From positions 1,860,001 to 1,924,000 of the forward strand of contig OX337230.1 in the NCBI GenBank assembly GCA_946965045.2: a DNA stretch of 64,000 nt, written 5' to 3'. Positions within the stretch are counted from its first letter, which is position 1. The number at the start of each line of letters is the position of its first letter. Made by a program: the position numbers and the translations under genes. Positions 25,203 through 34,900 of this stretch are shown one piece after another. Below the pieces are notes generated by a model that saw only the letters and a list, made by a program, of their open reading frames with translations, made no database searches and was not told the DNA's origin. The stretch comes from Epithemia pelagica (taxonomy: Eukaryota; Protista; Bacillariophyta).

Positions 25203-26222
25203 TCAATCGCATCTCCTGTGGTTGATACCAATCGCACTACTGGTTTTGTTCAATAGTTTCCGATTTGCTTTTGTGGATTTTTCCCATCGTCCAATCTCAC
25301 GCCTTGGTACTCCAGATCTAATCAAGATTGCTCGTCTTTCCTTTGGTGATATGACCAGTTCCTTTGTCCCGCGAGGCTTGGAACCAGATGGGCGATTTTT
25401 CTCAAACTGATTGACACTCATTCCAGAAGATGCCATCCACTCTCCCAAACTCAGGGGAGGGCCGTCTTTCAAGCCTGTGTGATCACCAAGAGTTTGAGAA
25501 TGGTAGTGTAACTTGACGTTTGAGAAACGAACCGACTTGGCTACAACAATGTCTTGCTCGGGTCGGATATCAGTGAAGGAAGGCGATACATTGTTATCGC
25601 TTTCGTAGAACCACAGAGAAACTATAATGTCTCGCAGAGAGAAACCTTTTCTGCCGATAGATTGTTCTTCTTCGTTTCTGATATCTTGTGATTCTGCGTA
25701 AACGGTTTGAAGCGATGCTTCGTGAGTGGCTATCTTTAACACGCTTCTGTCAGGGGTCCTTCGTACTACATCCACGATACTTTCATCCAGAGACTCCAAT
25801 GTTCTTTGGCTTCCAGATTTTTCCATGCTGGAGAAACTTTCCCTTCTGAGCAACGTGGACTTTCCATACGATGATAATTCAGACTGTGATGAGTTTTGAC
25901 GAATAAGCTTGGAACTGAACAACAACCTCTTGTTGTTACTTCCGTGAGGACCAGTTCGCTTCCTCTCGCTGTTATTCGCGCTTTTCGTGAAACAGGAATG
26001 TTCAGACACTGGATTCAATGAGAAGTGACCGCCTCTTCCAGACTTGATCTCTCTTGCAGCGACTTCCTTGACATTGGTTCTCACTAGTCCATGACTTGAC
26101 TCGGAACCACCGAACGACCTGAGGCGTGGACGGAGCTGCTTCCTGCGGGGAAATGATTCTTCTGTTTCGCTGGATGCAAGGCGAATGGCGTCAACCATCT
26201 CTATTGCGTTTGAAGTGTCCAA
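25203..26222 (-). CDS. Hypothetical Ser/Arg-rich protein with a VRF..V..H..TLGD..G..DGPPLSL.W domain
   Basis: 339-aa ORF whose C-terminal motif is paralogous to 20464-21093. Confidence 0.6.
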   Translation of the reverse strand: MDTSNAIEMVDAIRLASSETEESFPRRKQLRPRLRSFGGSESSHGLVRTNVKEVAAREIKSGRGGHFSLNPVSEHSCFTKSANNSERKRTGPHGSNNKRLLFSSKLIRQNSSQSELSSYGKSTLLRRESFSSMEKSGSQRTLESLDESIVDVVRRTPDRSVLKIATHEASLQTVYAESQDIRNEEEQSIGRKGFSLRDIIVSLWFYESDNNVSPSFTDIRPEQDIVVAKSVRFSNVKLHYHSQTLGDHTGLKDGPPLSLGEWMASSGMSVNQFEKNRPSGSKPRGTKELVISPKERRAILIRSGVPRREIGRWEKSTKANRKLLNKTSSAIGINHRRCD

Positions 26223-26834
26223 AGGTAAGTATCATGGATATCTTCTGCTTTGGTGATCGTCCACTGCAACCTGCAACAGCGAAGCGTTTGCCAAGCGATA
26301 TCCCGCTTTGACCAAGAACCTTTTACGATTAAAACCCCCGCCAAAAGACAAAAGATGAGACTCTGCATGAAGTACAAGTATGGTGTCGGTGTGGTTGGTG
26401 CACCACCAACCACCACCAACACGTCATATCCACTTTGTTAACAACGGCTACACTATTATTTTCGAAAACGGATCGCATCTAAATTTCCAAAATTGTCCAT
26501 TTGGTCTTGGTCGGCGAGTACAGAAGGATGACTGATCATCTTTAAAGACTTACTCTGAGTGTGATTCGAGTCAAATAAGTGTTTCTCGATTGAATCAATT
26601 CAAGATATCAATCGCGATATTTGACGATTGATGTGACAACGCCGCGAGTGGATAGAGCTTTCCGAGAAATAGTAGAGTAGTAGAGAGTAATCTTATTTTA
26701 TTCTTAGAGAAATAGGGTTAAACACACGTTAGCGTCAGGCTTTGACATAAATGACTATGAGTGAGAAAGTACCTAATAATTTCGGGCTCCCCGTGAAAGT
26801 GAAACAGAGCGTTGAGTTCTGGAGATGGAGTTTG

Positions 26835-26928
26835 GGGGGAGTTGGGGGGGGGGGGGGGAGAAAACAGAAAACAGAGGATAGGGATACGGATACGGAATAC
26901 GGAATACGGATTACGGATTATTACGGAC
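26835..26928 (+). repeat. G-run followed by a degenerate (A/T)TACGG(A) microsatellite
   Basis: A long G homopolymer at ~26845-26858, then gatacggatacggaatacggaatacggattacggattattacggac. Confidence 0.8.
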
Positions 26929-27418
26929 ACGAGATAGCAGAGTAACAACAGGCAGGGCAGAAAAGGACGGGGAGAAGTGCTCTCCGTTTCCTCTCTCTTT
27001 CCGAGAATCAGCTTAGACTTCACGCTGCTTGGCCTGAGGCCTGGGAAGTCTGAAAGGCATCGTCGTTTGCTTTTCGCTTCCGTAATGCACATCAGCTGGA
27101 TTATTTGATTTCCCGGCAAGAACTGCTCTGGCGCAGCGTAATGGGAATGACAAACCGGAATTTATATGGATGAGGGTAACTAACGAGTAATCTCTTTACG
27201 GTCAAGATATCAATGGACGGCTGTATTGTTAACAACATAGTCGATAGTGAATAAAGTTTTCTGGAGGAATAAATTCATAAGAGTTCTCTTCTAGGTAGAG
27301 AGAAAGTAACTCGCAGCAAGAATGACGACGCGGATTTTTTTGTATCATGAAATCAATTGGCGGCTGTATTGTTGACCACATAGCTTCACGAGAGTTAATC
27401 GTAAATAACATGCTCCTA

Positions 27419-28261
27419 GTGTCTATTCTACCCCGGTTTGTCCTCATATGAGGACAGCGCTTGTCCTCATATGAGGACAATCCTACTAAAATCATATCTA
27501 CGTAGACCACAGTAGCTTTTGTACGAAGCTATCGACAAAAAATGTAACCCAACCATGGGAATCTGCCGTTCTACCAAAAAAATGAACAACTAAAATAGAA
27601 AAGTAATAGACCACAATCAACCATTATGTTCTATGTTTATGTGGCAAGACACTACGTGTGTTGGAAAATGCATCCATCCAGTTTATGTAGGGCAAATCCA
27701 ACCATTTTGTCGAGGGAGTTCAACTGTCTTCACATACATTGGCGGATTTGAGTCTCCCACTGCACTTTCCTGGTTCCCTGAAGGTGTCTGTGCTTCCTGT
27801 ACATGAACTGTTGGGGTGCAGGAGGCTCAGACGCCGCATTTGACCCTGTATTGGTGTCGAATGCTGTTACGGTCTCAGAATTTTCCTCTGTGGTGATGGA
27901 GGCTTGTTTTGGCTGAATTCTCTCAATCTGATGCCTCAATCAGGCAAAGGACAACTGGTCATCAACACTAGGGATAATAACACTCATCAGGTTGATTGTC
28001 TTCTGTTTTCTCCCCTCCAAACACTCAGTTTAGAAAATCACCATCGCTCCAACATGGATGAATTCTGTTTTTGATACTGTATCGTCACTACTCATCACAA
28101 TTAAAGCATGAGAATATCATGGGGTACGTTTTCAAGTATGGAGATTACGAATCTGAACTTAAAAACCACTTAGGAGTACATGATTGATTTGATATTCTTC
28201 TTTTGAAAGTGGCCTCATATGAGGATTTGTCCTCATATGAGGACCGGGGTAGAATAGACAC
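27419..28261. mobile_element. MITE / non-autonomous TIR transposon, 843 bp
   Basis: Perfect 19-bp TIRs GTGTCTATTCTACCCCGGT (27419-27437 and 28243-28261), flanked on both sides by TA (or CTAG). Two palindromic CCTCATATGAGG units lie inside each end. No convincing ORF. Confidence 0.85.
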
Positions 28262-29301
28262 TAGCGGGAGTTCTCTCAAGGTACTCCAATTCCTCTAAAG
28301 TCTAGAGAAAGTATCTCGTCATGTGACGAGCAAGAGCGAGAACTCACCATACCGTAGTCACACGAGCTACCCACCTCCTAGCGGGGGTGTTTTTGAGGTT
28401 GTAATTCCGTTGAATGATATTAAAACCTTTTAGCCACCCCCGCTAGGGGGTGACAAGCTACCCCTATTAGGTACTCTATTACTATCTCTGGAGCTAGGGA
28501 GCTCCCCCCGACTTTAGCGGGGGAACAGGCAGGGAGAGGGGGAAAGGAAGGGGAAAGGAAAGGACTTGCCCGAGGGAGGGAGATTCCACTTCCTAACGGG
28601 AAACCGAAATAACCGTCGCTTAATTTTAGTCTTGGTTAGTCTTGAGTACTATTTTGCCCATAGTCATTTTTTCTGCGTGGGGGATTAAGTCCCCATACCC
28701 CACTCCCCCTCTTGCGGTACACAAGGCATATGTCGAAAAATCGCCAAACCTTCGCCCATCCAATCACAACGAATCACGAATTGGAACTGGGACAGAAACC
28801 AAGTACCAAGTTTCTACGAGGGAATCATGTATGTACCTTTGAACGCAACAATCCTACGAGAAAATTACTATATGGTCCAGCTGTAGACATCAGAAGCGAT
28901 CTCATTTTACTACCACCAACACCACGGCTCATAAAGTGCCAGTCAAAACAGAACGGGCACACACAAGAGCCATTGCCATCCTCCACCATCCTTCTTCACC
29001 AACCCATCGACCACCCTTCACCATTGTCCATCCCTCCATTCTCCATTACATTTTCCCATCGACCACCCTTCACCATTGTCCATAGACCCATTGTCCTTGT
29101 CCACCCTCGACCCACCATCCTGTAAGTACCACCATCCGATTCGCTGTCCACCATTGTCCACCTCCCACCACCTCTAACCACTTTTCCTTTATTCATTTTT
29201 TGGCAGAGCAACCGAAACAACTGAATCTTGTCATCTCGCAGTCGTCTCCTTCATTCTTGCTGCTGTCCGAACCAAACGAAGAACAAACCCCACAAGGACC
29301 A

Positions 29302-29610
29302 GGAGCTTCATCTCGAAGTCGTCTCCATTTGTGTCCGACTCACCAGGAGCTTCATCTCAAAGTTGTCTCCTTTTTTTGTGGGAATTACCAGGAGCTTCAT
29401 CTCGAAGTCGTCTCCATTATTCTTGCTGCCCGATCAAAAGCAACACCACCAGGACCAGGAGCTTCATCTCGAAGTCGTCTCCCTTTTCCTAACCACAGCA
29501 CCTGGAGCTTCATCTCGAAGTCGTCTCCTTCAGTCCTCACAGTGGGAAAGAGCTTCATCTCGAAGTCGACTCCTTACCACGGCAGGGAGCTTCATCTAGA
29601 AGTCGCCTCC
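29302..29610 (+). repeat. Interspaced direct-repeat array: 7 x 25-bp GGAGCTTCATCTCGAAGTCGTCTCC with 12-42 bp spacers
   Basis: Copies start at 29302, 29346, 29391, 29458, 29504, 29549 and 29586, with a partial copy at ~29232-29249; 0-2 mismatches each. Confidence 0.95.
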
Positions 29611-29663
29611 CATTCGATACGTACCCCCTAACGAGCCGTATCTCGTAACGGTCTCGAAAAAGC

Positions 29664-31284
29664 ATGGGACGTATTCGACAGCCTCCTCCTACAAAGGCCA
29701 CCCCCGGCCGTGTCGTCAATGATGCTACAAAGAAAGCACCTAGTGCAACTGCTGACGACGGCTCTCGAGTAAAGAAGGCTCATCGCCGCCCTCCCCCGAG
29801 TCCAGACGAGTCCTCTCCTATTCCCAAAAAAAAAGAAAGCCTCTCAAGAGGCAGAGGATGATGACTCTGGCTTGGAGTACTCCTTTTTGGACAATTCCAT
29901 TGAGGAAGTCCCTTGGCCTAAACCCAAAAAAGAGCCAAAGAAAAGGAAGGAAAAGGAGGCACAGCCCGTCGCCGAAAAGGAGCCCGTTCCCAAAAAGGAA
30001 CCCGCCAAGGCGACGGAGGAGGAGGCTTACTTGTCGGACTATGACGAGGACTGGCAATTCACGGACCCCAACATGGCGGTTCTGCGGTTTCAATCAAGAA
30101 ACATGCCCAACCCTCTGGCCTATACGGCCGTGAATCGTTCAAAGGGAACCGCAGCAGTCGCTTTGGCCAATGCCATCGACGATAATCTGTGGTTTCCCAC
30201 CACGTCAAAATAGAACACACCGGGTGGGAACTTGTTTGGGTTTTGGCATTTGAAAACCTCCAAGTACCACACCCTGGCCCATGAGCAGTCAAATTTGTTG
30301 CAGGTATTTCTCAACAAAATTAACACGCTCCTCCGGCCAATGTACTGTCTCCGACAAATGAGGGAACCTGAGTTTGACCTTTTGAACATCAGTGTCACCA
30401 CCCCGGTCGCTGTCATTTTACCCAACAAGGGTGAATGCAAGTTCAATGGGTTTGCCGTATGTGGCAATTGGCTCTACAGCCCAAAGAACGACACTACGGT
30501 TCAGGTGACCCAAAAGGCCCTCTTTGACATGGGATACCTAACCATCGTCAACCGAGATGGTTCAGAGGTTGCCACATCGCGTACAAAGAAAGTGGCCGTG
30601 GATCTCATGCAGACGGCCGATCGTCTGGACACAACAGTGGACTACCTTGCCTCTGTTGTATCCTGGTTCCGGAAATTCCGACCCATCATCTACCCCCCTG
30701 GCGTTGCTCCTAAAAAAAAACCTACAATTCATCGAGAGGAGCCGGAGCTTCAACAAGGCCCCTCTTCCGAATCAGATAGGAGTGAGAAAGGGGAGGAAGA
30801 GGAACATTCGGAACCAACAGATGACGCCAAAGAGGACGCTGATGTCACGATGGAAGAAACCATCAACGACGAGGCGAACCATAAGCAGACAGAGATCCAG
30901 GCTAAGCCCACTGAGATTGAGGCTAACCCAAAGACCACTGAGCCTGTAGTGGACAAAAAGCCTGCCGCGATCCCTATGGCTGCTGCGATCCCTATGCCAA
31001 CACATCAGGAACCAGTGAGTCCCTTTCACCATCCGTGGACCCCGTCACCTGATGAAGAACTACCCAAGTATGTTGGCCTCGATTGTGGAGAAATTGCTCT
31101 ACAACCTGGACAAGAACTAAAGGTTGTACAGCATGTGAAGTACTATGCTGTGATGCCTCACAAAGAAAACATCACAAAAATTCATGAAAAAGCTGAGAAA
31201 GTGGAAGCGGCCAGAAATCCACCCACTCCTGCTCCCCACCATTCCACAGATGGTGGACACATTACCCACCATACCCGTCGTTGA
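29664..31284 (+). pseudogene. Disrupted ~540-aa accessory ORF of the putative DNA transposon
   Basis: ORFs 29664, 29872 and 30232 join into one frame if one A is removed from the A9 run (29826-29834) and the TAG at 30211-30213 is read through. The product has a K/E/P-rich N-terminus and C-terminus around a globular middle. Confidence 0.6.
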
Positions 31285-31449
31285 AAATATAACTGTCCCA
31301 CAAAATCTTCGTTATTGGAGCATTAGTTGTCCTCAGACTCTACGAAGTTTTGTAGCGTCAAACTTTCCTAATGATTTACAATTATAATGTAAATCGTTGT
31401 TATGTCTTCCATCATATCATCTTTTGCTATGATCTACTTCCTACACGTA

Positions 31450-31757
31450 AAGGTCTTGTTCATACTCGTAGCTACTCTCCTATATATAATGGTCTTGTTC
31501 ATCTCGTACCAAACTATAATGGTCTTGTTCATCTCGTACCTAACGAAAATGGTCTTGTTTATCTCGTACCAAACGAAAATGGTCTTGTTCATCCCATACC
31601 TAACTACAATGGTCTGGTTTGTCTCGTACCTAATACCAATGGTCTTGTTAATCTCGTACCTAATACCAATGGTCTTGTTAATCTCGTACCTACTACTTCT
31701 TCATGGTCTTGTGTATCTCGCACCTAATAATGAGGTCTTGTGTATCTCGTACCTCCA
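31450..31757 (+). repeat. 30-bp minisatellite, ~10 units, consensus AATGGTCTTGTTCATCTCGTACCTAAY(N4)
   Basis: Exact 30-bp spacing at 31488, 31518, 31548, 31578, 31608, 31638 and 31668; degenerate units at both ends. Confidence 0.95.
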
Positions 31758-31901
31758 CGGTCTTACTGTAACAGAAAAGACCAAAACATGTCTCTTCACA
31801 GCTCATTGATTCAACGTTTACTTGATGGGTCGGCGTGTTGTGGTCTTATTGGGACATCCAGGCAAATGAGGAGGACACCCATTACGATTGTATTTCCTCG
31901 C

Positions 31902-34900
31902 CTATTCCAAAAAGGCAGCACAACAAACCTTGTGTTGAGCCTTTGGACGTTTGGTGCGGGAGATATCGGACAAAGACCACGTCGATGATTCAACTGAAAC
32001 GGGGGTCTTCTCCTGACTTTCATTGATTTCAATCGGACTGGACTTCGTTCCCTTGGCGATGATCAAGGGTGGGGACTTGTGCTTGTTGAACGGCATCATC
32101 GGAATCTTACCAATGCGGGGCCTTTTATACGGGTTTTCGATCCTTTTTGATCCCGCACTTGAGGCCACCGAGGATACCTGTGAATTTACCGGGCGACAGA
32201 AAGCATCTTCCTCTTTGACTCCACTCTGACTCGACTCTTGAGACATTACCACTGTGACAGTCTCCTCTGTCTCGGCACTGTTGAAAGACGCATTTAAAAT
32301 GCGATCGACCGTGTTCTGAGGCGATGGACGTGGTTGATCTGGAGTCGGGAAAACAGTAACCGTGTCTTGGGATCCCAGAGTCGTTTCTGTTTCCATCGAT
32401 GTCATGGAAGTGTCCAACATCTTTGCGAATGTTGAACGACTCACCGGTGTATCGTTGTCCTCCGTAGGACAAGGTCGCTTCTTGGCCAACACCTGCCCTT
32501 CAACTGGAAGAATAGGTGGTTGCTTCCTTTCGTGCGATAACGGGACTTCGTTATTGCCACATGAGGGACAGTGACATCGGTCAGACAGACCACTCCGGGG
32601 ATACTGATCATCCCGGTCGTTCTGTTCAACCATATACTTTGCGAAAAATACTTCGCCATTGTCTTCCGGCAATGGACGAGCGAATGGAAAAGGCAGAATG
32701 GGGTAGTCTACCTGTTCAGCCAATCCATTGGCAAAGATTAACTCACAATGGTTGTAGAAATCGGGTTCGGTCTTCCATCCCATAGGAACGCTTTCCGCTG
32801 CGGTTGAAGAGTCAGAGTCATTTGACATGCGCAACTTATGACGAATCTTGACATTGTACTTGGCAGTGCCAATCAAATTCAACGCGTCACACAAGTTAGC
32901 GTTCATGCCACAATTACCAAAATGGGCCAAGTGGTCATGGTATGCCTCAATCTTCGACTCACAACGCAATGAAGGATATTCATTACATTCTTGCTTTGTT
33001 GCCGCCGTCGGCTTTACAACCCTGTACACATCCTTGAGAGGGACTGTGTCTTGAATGTAAGCCGCATTCTTCATTTGTTCCACGACAGCAGTCTGAGTGT
33101 CAACGGTGAAGAGTTTTTTTCCTGTACGTGGGTCTTCACTACCCTTGTACTGGTCGAACCACTTTTGGAGATTGTGCTCAATGACCATTGGAGGGTGTAT
33201 CTCCTTCATGAGGTACTTGGCAAACCGACGTCGAAATTCAGGTGTATCTTGCATCTCAAGAATTTCTGACATGGTATATGCCACACCATCCCGGCCCATT
33301 TTGCCAGTTTTCAAAGCGTTGAGGAGTGTGTTGTATGATTCCTTTTCGAATCCGTAGACACATTGTAAAAGGTCCGTCAATGCCTTGTGGTACAGGTTGT
33401 GTCCCTGCCTCATGGTTTTGATGATTCGTTGCAAAAAGTGATACAAGCCCAAACGTCCTTCAAAGTCGTCACCGAATAGAAGTTTCCAAAACTTCACTTT
33501 CGCGGGCCAAGTGTCACTGTACATCGCAATGGGTTGAAAACCGGACCTCCTCGCGAGAGATTCCGCCGCATGGGCAAACGAGCTTGTCTTGGTATCGGGA
33601 ACTAGACAGGCTGACGCAATCTCACCTGTCTCCGCTGCTGCATCCCAGACTGCATGTGCTCCAAGAGCTTTGCGGTAATTCTTAGTCGCTTCCATCGTGT
33701 GGTCCTGTGCGAACATATGCAAAGTTGTGACGGATTGGGTCTCTCGTGTACAGCGATCACAGTCCGAAATCCCGTAGGGGGTTCGAGACCATTTAGAGGC
33801 AGACTCGAACAAGTTTCGTAGTGTCTCCCCGCTGGGAGGATACGTTGTAATAAACTCTCCGAAAAGAAGAGGGTACAACGGTGTGGGTCCTTCAATCTGA
33901 GATAACATGCGAATGTTTTTCCATTCCGATAAATACTCAGTAAAACGATCCGAGTACTGCTTGGTCAAAGCGTTGAATATCATTTTCGACACTTTGTCTC
34001 CATTCCCGTACGTCAACATGAGCTCCTCTAAGATTTGGCTGAGGCCTTTATCGATGTGGAAGGTCATCGTGTTGTCGGCATATTTCGGATCGACTGGGTA
34101 TGCCTTTCGGATGTGGATAGGCAAGACCGAAAGAACTGCCGCATCGTTGGCTTCATAGCGAAGTCCACAATGAGTGCATTTGTAAGTCATCACAATTGCC
34201 CATCCAGGAACCGTTCCCAATTTGAAGATGGCAAATAGTTTCTTGTTTTTGGAGAAGTTAGTCCTGTCACGGCGCAACTTGCCCTTGCCGCAAGACGGAC
34301 AATCAATCTGGAGCCCTGGGAACTGGTCTTCCCAACACACGTTGTAAATTACCTGCCCCTCGATGGCGTGGTAATGGGGGTTGATATAGTTGCCAGTACG
34401 CACAATTGGGATTTTGAATTCCAATGTGTTGGGCTCGTACCAACCCTTCTCCTTATGGTTGACTAGGTGTCGAACCACAGCCATAATGGCAAGAGGAGCC
34501 CCGGTCTTTTTGTCCGATGAAGATGAGACAAATTCTGGATCTGCCATTGCGTCGCGAACAGCGTCGTGCAGGTTAGAATGGTCCGTGCGTTGAGGGGCCA
34601 CCATTTTCTGCGCATATTCGCGTGTCTCCGGTGGTAGATCCGATACGTTGGTGAATGTTCCCTCGAACGATTCACCATTAACGGCAGCCAATTGTTTTGC
34701 CTTTTCGTCGAAGTAGACATCATTGGCGCTTTTCCGTCCTTTCGTCTTGCGATTCTTGGGACATTGAGGATGATGTCCACGGTGAGGCTTCTTCGTCCCT
34801 TTCGACTCTGCCACGCAAACGGCACAGTTGATCAGCGGACCAAATGCTTTCCCTTCGTATTTGAAAGGGTTGGCACCAGGTCCCCCCTTCATTCGATTCT

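Noticed and set aside
27730-27939. 69-aa ORF inside the MITE as a transposase relic
   Set aside because: No catalytic or DNA-binding motif could be supported in any frame.
29302-29610. Calling the 25-bp array a true CRISPR locus
   Set aside because: No cas genes, eukaryotic context, irregular 12-42 bp spacers, and several spacers homologous to each other. Kept as a repeat array and a finding.
29200-29631. ORFs of 143 and 123 aa over the repeat array
   Set aside because: Repeat periods are not all multiples of 3, so the same repeat is read in all three frames; a by-product of the array.
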